A stretch of 64,000 nucleotides of DNA from Gammaproteobacteria bacterium (GCA_965238225.1 OZ250183.1:576001-640000); one strand, 5' to 3'; positions 50,299 through 64,000 are shown, counted from the stretch's first letter. The notes: a model not told the origin generated them from the letters alone. Numbers and translations: made by a program.

Positions 50299-50733
50299 GT
50301 GGCTAAGAAAATTGAAACTTATATTAAGTTGCAAGTGCCTGCGGGTCAGGCAAACCCGAGTCCGCCTGTTGGTCCAGCATTGGGTCAGCATGGCTTAAAT
50401 ATCATGGATTTCTGCAAGGCATTTAATGCGCAGACACAGGACATGGAAGCCAATCTTCCCGTGCCTGTTGTGATTACTGTTTACAATGACAAAAGCTTTA
50501 CCTTCATTATCAAGACGCCACCTGCTTCCTTTTTGTTGAAAAAAGCAGCGGGCATTTCTAAAGGCAGCGCCATACCTAATATGGACAAGGTGGGCAAAGT
50601 AAATCGTCAGCAGTTAGAGGAGATTGCAAAGGCGAAAGAGCCTGACTCAACTTCTGCTGATATAGATGCTGCTGTGCGTACAATCGCTGGTACTGCACGC
50701 AGCATGGGCATCGAGACAGAGGGTGTTTTATAA
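50299..50733 (+). CDS. rplK: 50S ribosomal protein L11
   Basis: [28 protein letters not shown]. Confidence 0.98.
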   Translation: MAKKIETYIKLQVPAGQANPSPPVGPALGQHGLNIMDFCKAFNAQTQDMEANLPVPVVITVYNDKSFTFIIKTPPASFLLKKAAGISKGSAIPNMDKVGKVNRQQLEEIAKAKEPDSTSADIDAAVRTIAGTARSMGIETEGVL

Positions 50734-51425
50734 TGGCAATATCCAAACGTGTTAAATCTTGGGCAGATAAAATAGATTCAGAAAAACTCTATCCATTAAC
50801 AGATGCATTACAACTCCTAAAGCAATGTTCGATGGTCAAATTTGATGAATCTGTCGAGCTTGCAGTCAATCTCGGTGTTGATATTAGAAAATCAGATCAA
50901 GCTGTTCGAGGAGCATCAGTTTTACCCAGAGGCACGGGTAAAACTGTTCGCGTTGCTGTATTTGCACAAGGCGAACAGGCAAAATCTGCAAAAGCTGCAG
51001 GCGCTGATGTTGTTGGTTTTGAAGATCTCGCTGAACGTATGCAGGCTGGTGAAATGAATTTTGATGTTGTTGTTGCTACGCCTGATGCAATGCCAGTTGT
51101 CAGCAAGTTAGGCAAGATTTTAGGTCCCCGTGGTTTAATGCCAAACCCCAAGGTTGGTACTGTAAGTACAGATGCAGGGCAAGCTGTAATGCATGTCAAA
51201 GCAGGTCAGGTGCGTTACAGAACAGATAAAAATGGTATCGTCCATTGTGCGGTTGGCAAGGCCTCTTTTGAAGTCGATGCACTCAAGGAGAATGTTGAAT
51301 TCCTGTTGGCTGATTTGATAAGGGCCAAGCCAAGTTCAGCGAAAGGTATTTATCTTAAGAAGATAAGTGTTTCAACAACAATGGGTCCAGGTATTACAGT
51401 AGATCAAGGCAGCCTTACTGCTTAA
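50733..51425 (+). CDS. rplA: 50S ribosomal protein L1
   Basis: [28 protein letters not shown]. Confidence 0.98.
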   Translation: MAISKRVKSWADKIDSEKLYPLTDALQLLKQCSMVKFDESVELAVNLGVDIRKSDQAVRGASVLPRGTGKTVRVAVFAQGEQAKSAKAAGADVVGFEDLAERMQAGEMNFDVVVATPDAMPVVSKLGKILGPRGLMPNPKVGTVSTDAGQAVMHVKAGQVRYRTDKNGIVHCAVGKASFEVDALKENVEFLLADLIRAKPSSAKGIYLKKISVSTTMGPGITVDQGSLTA

Positions 51426-51503
51426 ATGTTTAGTATTTTATGTACGTGACAGCAATTTTATTACGTATTTTGAAGGCTTTGTACTGGCGGTTATCCGTTT
51501 AGA

Positions 51504-51590
51504 CGTCAAAGACCGCAGGTGCTTTTTTCGTAGATGTTTTTTATATCGAATCAAGCTTAATGTAGTTAGTCTGCCTGCGCAGACGGTGCT
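51504..51590 (+). promoter_or_regulatory. L10 leader (rplJL autoregulatory RNA)
   Basis: CGTCAAAGACCGCAGGTG...GCTTAAT...CCTGCGCAGACGG in the rplA-rplJ spacer matches the known L10-leader core. Confidence 0.8.
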
Positions 51591-51776
51591 ATCCAAAAAC
51601 AGTTTACTTAACTGTTGCTAAGGATCGCCGTAATGGTTGGTTTTGTACTCAATTTGAGTATAAAGCCTTTGTGTAATCAGGACTTACGAAGGGTTTACAG
51701 TGGCCGAGCAGCCGAATATTTGAAGATGGCGGCGGTCATAAAAGCCAGTAGGTAAATAATTTAGGAGATATAGAGT

Positions 51777-52304
51777 GTGAGTCTGAACCTTGAAGCAAAG
51801 AAGATGATAAGCAAAGAAGTAGCTGAAGTTGCGAACAACTCATTATCTGCCGTGGCAGCAGAATATAGCGGTTTATCCGTGAGTGATATGACTGAGTTGC
51901 GTCGGTCTGCTCGCGATTCCGGTATTTATCTGCGTGTTGTTAGAAATACACTTGCACGTCGCGCTTTGGAAGGTACAAGTTTTGATTGTATGCGGGAAGG
52001 TCTGGTTGGACAGCTTATTCTCGCTTTTTCCAAAGATGAGCTAGGTGCTGCAGCAAAGGTGGTTCGCGATTTTGCAAAGAAAAACGATAAGCTTGTTGTC
52101 AAGTTGGTGGTACTGGAAGGTAAATTATTACAGCCCTCTAATATTGATGCATTGGCAGACTTACCAAGCAAAGAACAGGCAATTGGTATGCTTATGGGCA
52201 TACTTATCGCCCCTGTTACAAGTCTGGCTAGAACATTGGTCGAGCCACACACAAAATTTGTGCGTACGGTTAAGGCTGTCGCTGACGAAAAGCAAGCTGC
52301 TTGA
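51777..52304 (+). CDS. rplJ: 50S ribosomal protein L10
   Basis: Y.GL.V..MT.LR, VVRNTLARRA, LA.LPS. Confidence 0.97.
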   Translation: MSLNLEAKKMISKEVAEVANNSLSAVAAEYSGLSVSDMTELRRSARDSGIYLRVVRNTLARRALEGTSFDCMREGLVGQLILAFSKDELGAAAKVVRDFAKKNDKLVVKLVVLEGKLLQPSNIDALADLPSKEQAIGMLMGILIAPVTSLARTLVEPHTKFVRTVKAVADEKQAA

Positions 52305-52362
52305 TTCATTTTCACATTTATAAAACTTAAATTTAGTAAGATTTAATTAGGAGTATTTACAA

Positions 52363-52737
52363 ATGACTGTAAAGAAAGAAGAACTTTTAGAAACAATTTC
52401 TAACATGACTGTGCTTGAAGTAGTCGATCTTGTTGAGGCAATGGAAGAAAAATTTGGTGTATCTGCCGCTGCTGTAGCAGCGCCCGCAACAGTGGATGCA
52501 GGCGGCGGCGCAGTTGCTGAAGAAAAAACCGAATTTAATGTCATCCTGACAGGTTTTGGTGAAAATAAGGTTGCTGCGATTAAAGCTGTTCGTAGTATCA
52601 CGGGTTTAGGCCTAAAGGAAGCTAAAGAACTTGTTGAAGGTGTTCCTTCCCCATTAAAGGAAGGCGCAAACAAAGACGAAGCAAATGAAATCAAAAAACA
52701 GCTGGCAGAATGTGGCGCAACCGTTGAAATTAAGTAG
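52363..52737 (+). CDS. rplL: 50S ribosomal protein L7/L12
   Basis: [30 protein letters not shown]. Confidence 0.98.
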   Translation: MTVKKEELLETISNMTVLEVVDLVEAMEEKFGVSAAAVAAPATVDAGGGAVAEEKTEFNVILTGFGENKVAAIKAVRSITGLGLKEAKELVEGVPSPLKEGANKDEANEIKKQLAECGATVEIK

Positions 52738-52904
52738 CTCTTTTGACAAATAATATCGGTTAAAAATCAATGCAAGGCTGGCAAAGTTTATACCGACCTT
52801 GTGTTGATTTTATTTGCTCGATAGAAAATTTTAACGAAAATCCAGTGAATGGATTTGTTAGTATTTTTTTATATTTTTAAAGGACATATTACGAGGATCT
52901 GTTA

Positions 52905-55900
52905 ATGACCTACTCCTACACCGAAAAAAAACGAATACGTAAGGATTTTGGTAAACATCCAAAAATCATGGATGCACCTCCTTTGTTGGCGATGCAACTC
53001 GATTCATATCATAAATATCTGCAGTTGGAAGTTGCCCCTGAAGAACGCAAGGATGTTGGTCTGCAAGCTGCGTTTAAATCTGTATTTCCTATCGTTGGTT
53101 TCTCTGGCAGTGCCATGCTTGAGTATGTCAGCTATCGTTTGGTAGATCCTGTGTTTGATGTTAAGGAATGTCAGCTAAGAGGCGTTACTTATGCAGCATC
53201 ACTTCGCGTTAAAGTCCGATTGGTTATTTATGATAAAGATGCAGGATTAAACAAGAAGATTGTAAAGGACATTAAGGAACAGGAGGTCTACATGGGCGAA
53301 ATCCCGTTAATGACTCCAACGGGCGCTTTCGTCATAAATGGAACAGAGCGCGTCATCGTTTCTCAATTGCATCGTTCCCCAGGCGTGTTCTTTGAACACG
53401 ACAAAGGCAAAACCCATTCTTCCGGGAAATTTCTTTTCTCTGCACGCGTTATCCCCTATCGTGGTTCGTGGCTTGATTTCGAATTTGATCCCAAGGACTT
53501 AGTTTATTGTCGTATTGATCGCCGTAGGAAGATACCTGCAACTATTTTGTTGCGTGCATTGGGTTACGATACCCAAGAAATGCTTGATGTCTTTTTCGAT
53601 ACCAACGAATATAAAATCAGTAAGAAGGGCATTGCGCTCACTTTGATCCCAGATCGCTTGCGTGGTGAAACTACGACATTCGATATAAAAAATAAAAAAG
53701 GCAAAGTGATTGTTAAAAATGAAAAACGAATTACTGCGCGCCATATCCGGGAAATGGAAAAGATTGGACTAAAGGAATTAACAGTGCCAGCTGAATACCT
53801 TATTGAGCAGGTGTTGGCAAAGGATATTGTCGATCTGGAGACAGGCGAATTGCTTGCTTGCGCGAATACAGAGATCACCAAAGAACTGTTAGAACAGTTG
53901 CTTGAATATAAAAACTTGACGATTGCAACATTGTATACCAATGACCTAGATCGTGGATCATACATATCAGATACACTAAGAATAGACACATCAACCACAC
54001 CCATTGAGGCACAGGTTGAGATCTATCGTATGATGCGCCCAGGTGAGCCACCGACAAAAGATTCTGCTGAGAACCTGTTTAAAAACCTATTTTTCAGTCC
54101 TGATCGTTATGATTTATCCGCTGTTGGGCGCATGAAATTTAACAGAAGGATTGGACGTAAAGAAATCACCGGCGAAGGTGTTTTATTCAAAGAAGACCTC
54201 ATTGAGGTTTTGAAATTGTTGATCGATATCAAGAATGGTAAAGGCACTATTGATGATATTGATCATCTCGGCAATAGACGAGTTAGAAGTGTTGGCGAGA
54301 TGGCTGAAAATCAATTCCGCATTGGTTTGGTGCGTGTTGAACGTGTAGTTAAAGAGCGTCTTGGCCTAGCAGATTCTGAAGGACTCATGCCGCAGGAAAT
54401 TCTCAATGCCAAACCAGTATCAGCGGTAGTTAAAGAATTTTTTGGTTCAAGTCAGTTATCCCAGTTTATGGATCAAAATAACCCGTTGTCTGAAATTACA
54501 CATAAACGCCGTATTTCAGCACTAGGTCCTGGCGGACTGACACGTGAACGTGCTGGTTTTGAAGTACGTGATGTGCATCCGACACATTATGGTCGGGTAT
54601 GTCCAGTTGAAACACCTGAAGGGCCAAATATTGGCTTAATAAACTCATTGGCAATTTACGCCAGAACCAATGCATATGGTTTTCTGGAGACACCGTACCG
54701 CAAGGTAAGTAAAGGCAAGGTATCGAACGAAATAGAATATCTTTCTGCGATTGAAGAAAGTGATTATGTTATCGCCCAGGCAAGTGCGGCGACAGATAAT
54801 AAAGGTCGTTTAACGGACACTCTGGTTTCAAGTCGTCATTCAAATGAATTTATCTTATCTGCGCCAGACAAAGTTGAATATATGGATGTCTCACCAAGGC
54901 AAATTGTTTCTGTGGCAGCAGCATTGATACCGTTTCTTGAGCATGATGATGCGAATAGGGCGTTAATGGGATCAAATATGCAACGCCAGGCTGTTCCTAC
55001 TTTGCGTGCAGATAAGCCATTGGTTGGTACTGGCATGGAAAGAACAGTAGCGACAGATTCAGGCGTGACGGTGATTGCTGATCGTGGCGGTGTTGTAGAC
55101 TCTGTTGATGCCAGTCGTATTGTGGTGCGGGTAAATAGCAATGAAGTCACAGCGAATGAGCCCGGTGTTGACATTTATAACCTGACAAAATACACACGTT
55201 CCAATCAGAACACCTGTATCAACCAAAAACCGTTGGTCAAACCAGGCGACAAGGTTGCAAAAAAAGATGTGTTGGCTGATGGTTCTTCTACTGATTTGGG
55301 TGAGTTGGCGCTTGGGCAAAATATGAAAGTCGCATTTATGCCATGGAATGGGTATAACTTTGAGGATTCAATCCTTGTCTCAGAGCATTTGGTGAGGGAA
55401 GAACGTTTTACCTCGATTCATATTCAGGAACTGTCCTGTGTGGCACGTGATACTAAACTGGGTCAGGAGGAAATCTCTGCAGATATTCCAAATGTTAGCG
55501 AACATGCACTGAATAAACTTGATGAATCCGGGATTGTATATATCGGTGCTGAAGTAAATTCAGGAGATATTCTGGTTGGCAAAGTGACACCGAAAGGTGA
55601 AACCCAATTAACACCAGAAGAAAAATTACTGAAGGCTATCTTTGGTGAAAAAGCCTCTGATGTGAAAGATACCTCATTACGTGTTTCATCGGGAACCAAT
55701 GGTACGGTAATTGACGTTCAAGTTTTTACGCGCGATGGTGTTGAGAAAGATGCGCGCGCACTGGAAATTGAAGAATCAGAGCTAAAGAGTGTACGCAAGG
55801 ACATGGGCGATCAAATGCGCATCATGGAAGAAGGCATTTACCAACGGGTTGAGACCCTGTTGTTGGGTAAATTAGCTGAGGGTGGTCCAGATGGTTTGAA

Positions 55901-56984
55901 AGCCAAGACCAAAATCACAAAAGCTTATTTATCAGAAACGCCACGAGAAAAATGGTTCGATATTCGACTCCAAAATGAAACTGCTAATTCTCAACTTGAG
56001 CAGATGTCAGAGCAATATGGTTGTTTGCGCGTTGAATTTGATGAAATGTTCGAGGAGAAAAGAGCTAAACTGACCTCAGGCGATGATCTTGCCCCTGGCG
56101 TATTAAAAATGGTGAAGGTTTATCTTGCAGTAAAGCGAGTCATTCAGCCAGGCGACAAAATGGCTGGGCGTCATGGCAACAAGGGCGTTATCTCAATGAT
56201 TGTTCCAGTTGAAGATATGCCCCATACTGAAGATGGTGAGCCAGTTGATGTGGTATTGAATCCTCTAGGTGTTCCCTCACGTATGAATGTAGGACAGATT
56301 CTGGAGACCCATTTGGGTTGGGCTGCTAAAGGTATGGGCAATAAAATTGCCGCAATGCTGGATGCACAAAAAGGTGCGGGCGAACTGCGGAAATTTCTGA
56401 ACAAGGTATACAACGCCAGCGGAAAACGGGAAGATTTGAAGAGCTTTACTGATGAAGAAATATTTGATCTGTCTCATAATCTGCGCGCAGGTGTACCTAT
56501 GGCAACACCTGTGTTCGATGGTGCAAAAGAATCCGAGATCAAAAGCATGTTGAAGCTTGCCGGGTTACCTGAGAATGGTCAAGTTACACTTTATGATGGG
56601 TGTACAGGCGATGCTTTCGACAGACCTATCACAGTAGGCTATATGTACATGTTGAAACTCAATCATCTGGTTGATGACAAGATGCATGCACGTTCAACCG
56701 GACCATATAGTTTAGTCACGCAACAGCCATTGGGCGGTAAGGCACAATTCGGCGGACAGCGTTTTGGCGAGATGGAAGTTTGGGCTTTGGAAGCCTATGG
56801 CGCGGCTTATACCTTACAGGAAATGCTGACAGTGAAGTCTGATGATCTCAGTGGCAGAACCAAAATGTATAAGAGCATTGTAGACGGGGATCATCGCACA
56901 GATCCAGGCATGCCCGAATCATTTAACGTGTTGGTGAAGGAAATCCGTTCACTCTGTATTAATATTGAACTGAAACAAAATTAA
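52905..56984 (+). CDS. rpoB: RNA polymerase beta subunit
   Basis: [42 protein letters not shown]. Confidence 0.99.
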   Translation: MTYSYTEKKRIRKDFGKHPKIMDAPPLLAMQLDSYHKYLQLEVAPEERKDVGLQAAFKSVFPIVGFSGSAMLEYVSYRLVDPVFDVKECQLRGVTYAASLRVKVRLVIYDKDAGLNKKIVKDIKEQEVYMGEIPLMTPTGAFVINGTERVIVSQLHRSPGVFFEHDKGKTHSSGKFLFSARVIPYRGSWLDFEFDPKDLVYCRIDRRRKIPATILLRALGYDTQEMLDVFFDTNEYKISKKGIALTLIPDRLRGETTTFDIKNKKGKVIVKNEKRITARHIREMEKIGLKELTVPAEYLIEQVLAKDIVDLETGELLACANTEITKELLEQLLEYKNLTIATLYTNDLDRGSYISDTLRIDTSTTPIEAQVEIYRMMRPGEPPTKDSAENLFKNLFFSPDRYDLSAVGRMKFNRRIGRKEITGEGVLFKEDLIEVLKLLIDIKNGKGTIDDIDHLGNRRVRSVGEMAENQFRIGLVRVERVVKERLGLADSEGLMPQEILNAKPVSAVVKEFFGSSQLSQFMDQNNPLSEITHKRRISALGPGGLTRERAGFEVRDVHPTHYGRVCPVETPEGPNIGLINSLAIYARTNAYGFLETPYRKVSKGKVSNEIEYLSAIEESDYVIAQASAATDNKGRLTDTLVSSRHSNEFILSAPDKVEYMDVSPRQIVSVAAALIPFLEHDDANRALMGSNMQRQAVPTLRADKPLVGTGMERTVATDSGVTVIADRGGVVDSVDASRIVVRVNSNEVTANEPGVDIYNLTKYTRSNQNTCINQKPLVKPGDKVAKKDVLADGSSTDLGELALGQNMKVAFMPWNGYNFEDSILVSEHLVREERFTSIHIQELSCVARDTKLGQEEISADIPNVSEHALNKLDESGIVYIGAEVNSGDILVGKVTPKGETQLTPEEKLLKAIFGEKASDVKDTSLRVSSGTNGTVIDVQVFTRDGVEKDARALEIEESELKSVRKDMGDQMRIMEEGIYQRVETLLLGKLAEGGPDGLKAKTKITKAYLSETPREKWFDIRLQNETANSQLEQMSEQYGCLRVEFDEMFEEKRAKLTSGDDLAPGVLKMVKVYLAVKRVIQPGDKMAGRHGNKGVISMIVPVEDMPHTEDGEPVDVVLNPLGVPSRMNVGQILETHLGWAAKGMGNKIAAMLDAQKGAGELRKFLNKVYNASGKREDLKSFTDEEIFDLSHNLRAGVPMATPVFDGAKESEIKSMLKLAGLPENGQVTLYDGCTGDAFDRPITVGYMYMLKLNHLVDDKMHARSTGPYSLVTQQPLGGKAQFGGQRFGEMEVWALEAYGAAYTLQEMLTVKSDDLSGRTKMYKSIVDGDHRTDPGMPESFNVLVKEIRSLCINIELKQN

Positions 56985-57116
56985 CTCTGGTTGAAATTAA
57001 GCGGGGTGTTTACCAGAATGAATTTAAATAATTTCTATGTATTGGCACTGCAACGTGTCACACACTACAAATATAGTGCCAGAAAATACAGTGTCATCTT
57101 GTGGAGGATGTAGACC

Positions 57117-60100
57117 TTGAAAGATTTATTAAGACTTCTAAAACAGCAAGGACAGGTTGAGGAGTTTGATGCTATTTCCATCAGCCTTGCCTCTCCTGAG
57201 AAAATTCGCTCATGGTCGTATGGTGAGGTCAAGAAACCTGAGACGATCAATTATCGTACTTTCAAACCGGAAAGAGATGGCCTTTTTTGTGCCAAAATAT
57301 TTGGTCCAGTTAAAGATTATGAGTGCCTTTGCGGAAAATATAAAAGGTTAAAGCATCGCGGTGTTGTCTGTGAGAAATGTGGCGTGGAAGTCACATTGTC
57401 TAAAGTTCGTCGTGAACGCATGGGGCACATTGAGCTGGCAAGTCCGGTTGCACATATCTGGTATTTAAAATCCTTACCTTCAAGAATGGGTTTGATGTTG
57501 GATATGACTTTGCGTGAAATTGAAAGGGTTCTATATTTCGAGGCCTATGTTGTGATTGATCCAGGCATGACTGAGCTTGAGCGTGGTCAGTTAATGACGG
57601 AAGAATCCTATTTGGATGCTATGGAGCAATATGGGGATGAATTCGATGCGCGTATGGGTGCAGAAGCAGTGCGCGCATTATTGATGTCTACCAATGTGAA
57701 AGAAGAGGTAGATACCTTACGCGGTGAGATTCCACAAACTAGATCTGAGACAAAACTCAAAAAAATGACCAAACGACTGAAGCTTATCGAAGCATTTTTG
57801 TCTTCCGGGAACAAACCAGAATGGATGGTTCTGAAGATATTACCAATATTACCCCCAGAACTCAGACCTCTAGTACCGCTAGATGGTGGTCGTTTTGCAA
57901 CCTCTGATCTCAATGATCTTTATCGTCGCGTAATAAATCGTAATAATCGATTGAAGCGCTTACTGGATTTGAATGCTCCGGACATTATCGTCAAAAATGA
58001 GAAGCGTATGTTACAGGAGTCTGTGGATGCCTTACTGGACAATGGTCGTCGTGGGCGGGCAATCACAGGTACCAATAAGCTACCTTTGAAATCACTTGCT
58101 GATATGATTAAGGGTAAGCAGGGTCGTTTTCGTCAAAACCTTTTAGGTAAACGCGTTGATTACTCAGGCCGTTCAGTCGTTGTTGTGGGTCCAACATTGC
58201 GTTTACATCAATGTGGCATCCCTAAAAAAATGGCTCTGGAATTATTCAAGCCATTTATCTTCAGTAAACTTGAGTTTAGGGGGTTGGCAACTACCATCAA
58301 GGCAGCTAAGAAGCTGGTTGAACGGGAAGGTGCTGAGGTCTGGGACATTCTTGAAGAGGTGATTCGCGAACATCCAGTCATGCTAAATCGTGCCCCTACT
58401 TTACATAGGTTAGGTATTCAGGCATTTGAGCCAATTTTGATTGAAGGAAAAGCGATTCAGCTACACCCTCTGGTCTGTACAGCGTTTAATGCTGATTTTG
58501 ATGGCGACCAAATGGCTGTGCATATTCCGCTATCTGTGGAAGCTCAGATTGAAGCACGCACGCTAATGATGTCTACCAACAACGTACTTTCACCAGCCAA
58601 TGGCGAGCCAATCATCGTGCCGACTCAGGACGTTGTTTTAGGTCTCTACTATATGACGCGTGAGTCAGCAGATGCCAAAGGTACTGGTATGATATTCACT
58701 GACATTGACGAGGTGCATCGCGCCTACGAAGCAAAAATACTGGATATTAAAGCAAAGATTGAGGTGCGTATTCGTGAAATCAATATTGATGAGCATGGTG
58801 AGAAATCAGTAAGCTATAGTCGTATTCAGACCACAACTGGCCGCGCTCTACTTTCTAATATTTTACCCGAAGGTCTTGAATTCTCACTGATGAATAAGAC
58901 GCTGAGTAAAAAAGTCGTGTCTGGTTTAATTGACACGGTTTATAGAAGACTAGGTCTGAAAGCCACGGTTATTTTTGCAGACCAGTTGGTGTATTCTGGC
59001 TTTGCTTATTCTACAAGAGCTGGTGTTTCTATCGGCATCAATGACATGATCATTCCTGATAATAAGGACGAAATCATCAAACAGGCAGAGGCAAAGGTGC
59101 ATGGTTTTCAGGAGCAATATTCCTCAGGTCTTATCACCAATGGCGAACGTTACAATAAGGTTGTGGATATTTGGTCGCATGCCAATGATCAGGTGGCCAA
59201 GGCCATGATGGATAGAATGTCCGTAGAGACCGTAGAGAATCATCAAGGTGAGTCTGTGACTCAAGAGTCATTTAATTCAATTTACATTATGGCTGATTCC
59301 GGTGCTCGCGGTTCGGCAGCGCAGATTCGCCAATTAGCAGGAATGCGTGGATTGATGGCCAAGCCAGATGGTTCGATTATCGAAACACCCATTACAGCAA
59401 ATTTTCGCGAAGGCTTAGATGTGTTGCAATACTTCATTTCAACGCACGGTGCACGTAAAGGTCTAGCCGACACCGCATTAAAGACGGCAAACTCTGGTTA
59501 TTTAACACGTCGTTTGGTTGATGTGGCTCAAGATCTTGTGGTTGTTGAGCAAGACTGTGGTACAGAGGAGGGGTATGTCATCAGTCAAATTATTGAAGGC
59601 GGTGATGTTGTCGAGGCACTGAAGGATCGCGTGCTTGGGCGCGTGCTGGCTGAAGATGCTGTTAAAGTGATTACGGGTGAGGTGATTGTACCAAGCGGCA
59701 CATTATTGGATGAATACTGGGTTGATGTTCTAGATGACAATGGTATCGATCAGGTGACGGTGCGCTCAGCCATCACCTGTAAGACGTACTATGGTATTTG
59801 TGCTGCTTGTTATGGTCGAGATCTGGGTCGTGGACAATTGGTCGGTATTGGCGAAGCTGTTGGTGTTGTTGCAGCTCAGTCTATTGGTGAGCCAGGCACG
59901 CAATTGACAATGCGTACCTTCCATATTGGTGGGGCAGCATCTAGGGTAGCAGCAGTAAGTAACATCGAAGTCAAATATGGCGGCATATTGCGTCGTCAAA
60001 ATATAAAAATACTGCAACATGAAAAAGGCCATCAGGTGGTGATTTCCCGTTCCGGCGAAATCGTTATTCAGGATAAAGATGGCCGTGAATGTGAGCGCTA

Positions 60101-61322
60101 CAAAATCCCCTATGGCGCTATTTTAACTGTTGATGCAGGTGAAGAGGTTCAGCCAGGTCAAGTTGTGGCCGATTGGGATCCACATACACATCCGGTGATA
60201 TCAGAAGTTGCAGGCCGAGTGCAGTTTTCGGATATGGCGGAGGGTATTACTATTGAACGACAGATTGACGAAATTACTGGTTTGACCAGTATGGTCATTA
60301 TTGATCCAAAACAACGTACATCTGCAGCCAAGGATTTACGCCCTACCATCAAACTGGTCGACAAAAAAAGTCGGGAATTATTAATACCTGGTACTGAGAT
60401 CCACGCGCATTATCTGTTACCTGCAAATGCCGTGGTAAATATTGAAGATGGTGCCGAGATCAAAGTGGGCGATGTCATTGCTCGTCTTCCACAGGAATCT
60501 GCTAAAACCCGTGATATTACGGGTGGTTTGCCTCGCGTTGCTGATCTTTTCGAGGCCAGAAAGCCAAAAGAGCCTTCTATCTTGGCTGAAATTACAGGGA
60601 TCGTTGGATTTGGTAAGGAAACCAAAGGCAAACAGCGTCTTGTGATTACAGGAGTAGATGGTGAGCATTACGAAACCTTGATACCTAAATGGAGACATAT
60701 CACTGCATTTGACGGTGAGCATGTTGAGCAAGGGGAAAGTCTTGCTGATGGAGCACCAATGCCTCACGACATCCTGCGATTGAAAGGCGTATATGCACTG
60801 GCTAACTATATTGTGACTGAGATTCAGGAAGTCTACAGGTTGCAGGGCGTTAGGATTAATGACAAGCATATTGAGGTCATTGTCAGGCAAATGCTGCGTA
60901 AGGTAGAAATTACCGATCCTGGAGACACGAAACTCCTGAAGGGTGAGCAGATTGAAAAAGCAAGAGGTCTGGATGAAAATGAGAAAATGCTTGCCGAAGG
61001 TAAGGTACCAGCCACGTGGGAACCTGTGCTTTTGGGCATTACCAAGGCTTCCTTGTCGACAGAATCATTTATTTCGGCTGCCTCTTTCCAAGAAACCACT
61101 CGCGTTCTGACCGAGGTCAGCGTGGGTGGCAAAGTAGATAATTTGAGAGGCTTAAAGGAAAATGTCATCGTCGGGCGTCTAATTCCCGCTGGCACAGGTT
61201 TTTCTTATCATGTTGAGAGACAGCAAAGGCCTAGCAAGGAAGCGCTTATTATGGATGAAGCAGCAGAGGCAATCCAACTCGTTACTGCTGGCACTGGAGA
61301 GGTCGCATCAAATAGGGAATAG
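57117..61322 (+). CDS. rpoC: RNA polymerase beta' subunit
   Basis: Zn ribbon, [25 protein letters not shown]; TTG start with GGAGG RBS. Confidence 0.99.
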   Translation: MKDLLRLLKQQGQVEEFDAISISLASPEKIRSWSYGEVKKPETINYRTFKPERDGLFCAKIFGPVKDYECLCGKYKRLKHRGVVCEKCGVEVTLSKVRRERMGHIELASPVAHIWYLKSLPSRMGLMLDMTLREIERVLYFEAYVVIDPGMTELERGQLMTEESYLDAMEQYGDEFDARMGAEAVRALLMSTNVKEEVDTLRGEIPQTRSETKLKKMTKRLKLIEAFLSSGNKPEWMVLKILPILPPELRPLVPLDGGRFATSDLNDLYRRVINRNNRLKRLLDLNAPDIIVKNEKRMLQESVDALLDNGRRGRAITGTNKLPLKSLADMIKGKQGRFRQNLLGKRVDYSGRSVVVVGPTLRLHQCGIPKKMALELFKPFIFSKLEFRGLATTIKAAKKLVEREGAEVWDILEEVIREHPVMLNRAPTLHRLGIQAFEPILIEGKAIQLHPLVCTAFNADFDGDQMAVHIPLSVEAQIEARTLMMSTNNVLSPANGEPIIVPTQDVVLGLYYMTRESADAKGTGMIFTDIDEVHRAYEAKILDIKAKIEVRIREINIDEHGEKSVSYSRIQTTTGRALLSNILPEGLEFSLMNKTLSKKVVSGLIDTVYRRLGLKATVIFADQLVYSGFAYSTRAGVSIGINDMIIPDNKDEIIKQAEAKVHGFQEQYSSGLITNGERYNKVVDIWSHANDQVAKAMMDRMSVETVENHQGESVTQESFNSIYIMADSGARGSAAQIRQLAGMRGLMAKPDGSIIETPITANFREGLDVLQYFISTHGARKGLADTALKTANSGYLTRRLVDVAQDLVVVEQDCGTEEGYVISQIIEGGDVVEALKDRVLGRVLAEDAVKVITGEVIVPSGTLLDEYWVDVLDDNGIDQVTVRSAITCKTYYGICAACYGRDLGRGQLVGIGEAVGVVAAQSIGEPGTQLTMRTFHIGGAASRVAAVSNIEVKYGGILRRQNIKILQHEKGHQVVISRSGEIVIQDKDGRECERYKIPYGAILTVDAGEEVQPGQVVADWDPHTHPVISEVAGRVQFSDMAEGITIERQIDEITGLTSMVIIDPKQRTSAAKDLRPTIKLVDKKSRELLIPGTEIHAHYLLPANAVVNIEDGAEIKVGDVIARLPQESAKTRDITGGLPRVADLFEARKPKEPSILAEITGIVGFGKETKGKQRLVITGVDGEHYETLIPKWRHITAFDGEHVEQGESLADGAPMPHDILRLKGVYALANYIVTEIQEVYRLQGVRINDKHIEVIVRQMLRKVEITDPGDTKLLKGEQIEKARGLDENEKMLAEGKVPATWEPVLLGITKASLSTESFISAASFQETTRVLTEVSVGGKVDNLRGLKENVIVGRLIPAGTGFSYHVERQQRPSKEALIMDEAAEAIQLVTAGTGEVASNRE

Positions 61323-61358
61323 GGCATTCCAGCAATGTAAAATATAGGCTTTTATGGC

Positions 61359-61387
61359 TTGACGAGTGAACCATCAGGCCATAGAAT
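61359..61387 (+). promoter_or_regulatory. sigma70 promoter of the str operon
   Basis: TTGACG-17 bp-TAGAAT followed by GC-rich TCCGCCTC. Confidence 0.75.
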
Positions 61388-61661
61388 TCCGCCTCTTTGT
61401 CAGGCTTGATTTAGGATCGTGCCTGACAAGTTATTTTAGGGCTTAAAAATGTTTGGAGGAAGGTATTTTTAGCCTCCTGATATCGGAGTCTGGTTCATTC
61501 GGATTGCCCGTTAACCAACCAACCATATGTCTAATTGAGAAGCTGTTGTGCATTATGGATGAGGGTCTTTTTGACCCACGTTTAATGGGCTTTATTCTTA
61601 CCTGATGAATTTTATCGGCACACTTATACAACACTAAATACAAAAAAATAGCAAAATAAAT

Positions 61662-62033
61662 ATGACAACGATTAACCAACTGGTTAGAAAACCGCGAAAA
61701 CGTCAACGTGTGGCGAGCAATGTTCGTGCGTTGGAAGCTTGTCCACAAAAACGAGGTGTTTGCACTCGAGTTTATACGACAACGCCAAAGAAGCCTAACT
61801 CGGCGTTGCGTAAGGTAGCGCGCGTCAGGTTGACTAATGGGCACGAAGTATCGACCTATATCGGTGGTGAGGGTCATAATTTGCAGGAACATTCCGTGAT
61901 CTTGATTCGTGGTGGCCGTGTCAAGGATTTACCGGGTGTTCGCTACCATACTGTCCGCGGGACTCTGGATACATCTGGTGTGAGTGATAGACGTAATGCC
62001 CGTTCAAAATACGGCACCAAACGCCCAAAGTAA
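61662..62033 (+). CDS. rpsL: 30S ribosomal protein S12
   Basis: [23 protein letters not shown]. Confidence 0.99.
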   Translation: MTTINQLVRKPRKRQRVASNVRALEACPQKRGVCTRVYTTTPKKPNSALRKVARVRLTNGHEVSTYIGGEGHNLQEHSVILIRGGRVKDLPGVRYHTVRGTLDTSGVSDRRNARSKYGTKRPK

Positions 62034-62104
62034 TGTAAGCAACAAAGATTTAGTCATAACCATTATAAAAAACAAAAAAGCAGAATTTTAATGGAGTATT
62101 TACT

Positions 62105-62575
62105 ATGTCAAGAAGAAGAGTAGCCGAGAAGAGAGAAAACTTGCCTGATCCTAAATATGGTGATCAGACCTTGGCCAAGTTCATCAACATGGTCATGCAA
62201 AGCGGCAAGAAATCTATAGCAGAAAAGATTGTTTATGGTGCCTTGAATGAGATAAGCGCGACAGGCAAAGGCGAACCATTGGAGCTTTTTACAAAAGCAC
62301 TCGAAAACGTCAAGCCGACGGTTGAGGTTAAATCCCGACGTGTTGGCGGTGCAACTTATCAGATACCAGTAGAAGTCCGTCAAGCGAGAAGCGTTACTCT
62401 GGCAATGCGCTGGTTGGTCGATGCCACCAAAAAAAGAAGTGAAAAAAATATGGGTTTACGCTTGGCAGGTGAGTTACTGGATGCCTTTGAAAATAAAGGC
62501 GCGGCAATCAAGAAACGTGAAGATACGCACAAGATGGCTGAAGCAAATAAAGCGTTTTCTCACTTTCGTTGGTGA
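62105..62575 (+). CDS. rpsG: 30S ribosomal protein S7
   Basis: [27 protein letters not shown]. Confidence 0.99.
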   Translation: MSRRRVAEKRENLPDPKYGDQTLAKFINMVMQSGKKSIAEKIVYGALNEISATGKGEPLELFTKALENVKPTVEVKSRRVGGATYQIPVEVRQARSVTLAMRWLVDATKKRSEKNMGLRLAGELLDAFENKGAAIKKREDTHKMAEANKAFSHFRW

Positions 62576-62647
62576 TCCTTGTTGATGGTCTCTTTATTTA
62601 TGAGCAATCCTTCAATATACAGAAATTTAATTTAAGAATACTTTAAA

Positions 62648-64000
62648 GTGGCAAGAACAACACCAATAGAACATTATCGCAATATCGGAATTATGGCTCA
62701 TATTGACGCAGGTAAGACAACTACAACAGAACGTATTCTGTTTTATACTGGTGTCTCGCATAAAATTGGTGAAGTACACGATGGTGCTGCGACCATGGAT
62801 TGGATGGAGCAAGAGCAGGAGAGAGGCATTACGATTACCTCAGCTACGACGACTTGTTTCTGGAAAGGCATGGCAGACCAGTTTGATGAACACCGTATTA
62901 ATATTATTGATACGCCTGGACATGTTGATTTTACTATTGAAGTTGAACGTTCGCTGCGCGTACTAGATGGTGCTTGTGCTGTATTTTGCGCTGTAGGTGG
63001 TGTTGAACCCCAGTCTGAGACTGTCTGGAGACAGGCAAATAAATACAATGTTCCGCGCATAGCATTTGTTAATAAGATGGATCGCTCAGGTGCAGATTTC
63101 CTTAGCGTTGTCGGGCAAATCAATCAGCGCCTTAACAGCAACGCTGTACCTATGCAAATTGCAATTGGCAGTGAAGAACATTTTGAAGGCGTGGTGGATC
63201 TTGTTAGGATGAAAGCAATCTATTGGCAAACAGTCAATATGGGATCCAAATATGAAGAGTGTGAGATTCCTGCTGAACTTCAAACGTTTTGTGAAGAACG
63301 GCGCGAGCATCTTGTTGAAACCGCAGCAGAGGCCAATGAAGAATTGACGAGAAAATACCTTGAAAATAATAGCCTGTCAGAAGCAGATATCAAGCAAGGT
63401 ATTCGCAGCAGAACATTAGCAAATGAAGTTGTGCCAGTATTTTGTGGTTCAGCATTTAAGAATAAAGGTGTTCAGGCCGTATTAGATGCCATCATTGATT
63501 ACATGCCATCACCGACTGACGTTCACGCAATAAAGGGTATTTTGGATGATGGTAAGGAAACAGAAGCAGAAAGACCAGCGCAGGATGATGCGCCATTTGC
63601 TGCACTGGCATTTAAGATTGCAACAGACCCTTTCGTCGGTAACCTGACGTTCTTTAGAGTGTATTCTGGTGTATTGAATACCGGAGATACCATCTACAAC
63701 CCAGTCAAAGGTAAAAAAGATCGCATTGGCCGTGTATTGCAAATACATGCAAATAGTCGCGAAGAAATCAAAGAAGTTAGGGCAGGTGACATCGCTGCTG
63801 CTGTGAGTCTTAAGGATGTTACAACAGGTGATACGCTGTGCGATATAGATAACGTAATCACATTAGAGCGCATGGAATTTCCAGAGCCAGTCATCGCTGT
63901 TGCGGTGGAACCAAAAACAAAAGCAGATCAGGAAAAAATGGGCATTGCATTAGGTAAATTGGCACATGAAGATCCTTCTTTTCATGTGTCTACGGATGAA
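62648..64000 (+). CDS. fusA: Elongation factor G, 5' part (truncated by the window end; absent from the ORF track)
   Basis: From GTG 62648: [54 protein letters not shown]; open to the window end. Confidence 0.98.
   Translation, partial: MARTTPIEHYRNIGIMAHIDAGKTTTTERILFYTGVSHKIGEVHDGAATMDWMEQEQERGITITSATTTCFWKGMADQFDEHRINIIDTPGHVDFTIEVERSLRVLDGACAVFCAVGGVEPQSETVWRQANKYNVPRIAFVNKMDRSGADFLSVVGQINQRLNSNAVPMQIAIGSEEHFEGVVDLVRMKAIYWQTVNMGSKYEECEIPAELQTFCEERREHLVETAAEANEELTRKYLENNSLSEADIKQGIRSRTLANEVVPVFCGSAFKNKGVQAVLDAIIDYMPSPTDVHAIKGILDDGKETEAERPAQDDAPFAALAFKIATDPFVGNLTFFRVYSGVLNTGDTIYNPVKGKKDRIGRVLQIHANSREEIKEVRAGDIAAAVSLKDVTTGDTLCDIDNVITLERMEFPEPVIAVAVEPKTKADQEKMGIALGKLAHEDPSFHVSTDE

Noticed and set aside
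54430-54540. Rifampicin-resistance alleles in rpoB (and streptomycin alleles in rpsL)
   Set aside because: The RRDR reads [25 protein letters not shown] and both RpsL lysines are wild type.

Overview
Core-chromosome segment of an AT-rich gammaproteobacterium. It carries TCA genes (lpdA start, sucB, sucA, gltA, mdh), rppH, nagZ, mscS, dapF-DUF484-xerC-hslVU, ubiEJB, ctpA-envC-gpmI, yibN-secB-gpsA, trmL, a class-1 pyrD, trkHA, ntrXY, fmt-def, LysM-dprA-smg-topA-tsaC, and the tRNA(Tyr,Gly,Thr)-tuf-tRNA(Trp)-secE-nusG-rplKAJL-rpoBC-rpsLG-fusA cluster. Two things are not explained by the ORF track. (1) At 11.96-13.5 kb, two orphan minus-strand ORFs are each preceded by a degenerate attC-like hairpin, with no integron integrase in the window. 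This looks like a fossilised integron cassette array (CALIN), and one cassette resembles an Abi-alpha-type defence protein. (2) There is widespread gene erosion: a clear multi-frameshift rsmB relic between fmt and DUF4390, a broken exported-protein gene next to rppH, weaker relics in other spacers (phasin, ArsR, L,D-transpeptidase), and many substitutions in normally conserved motifs. Together these suggest a host-restricted lineage undergoing genome reduction (inference). No rRNA, CRISPR array or intact transposase was seen. All family comparisons are from remembered consensus motifs, not database searches.
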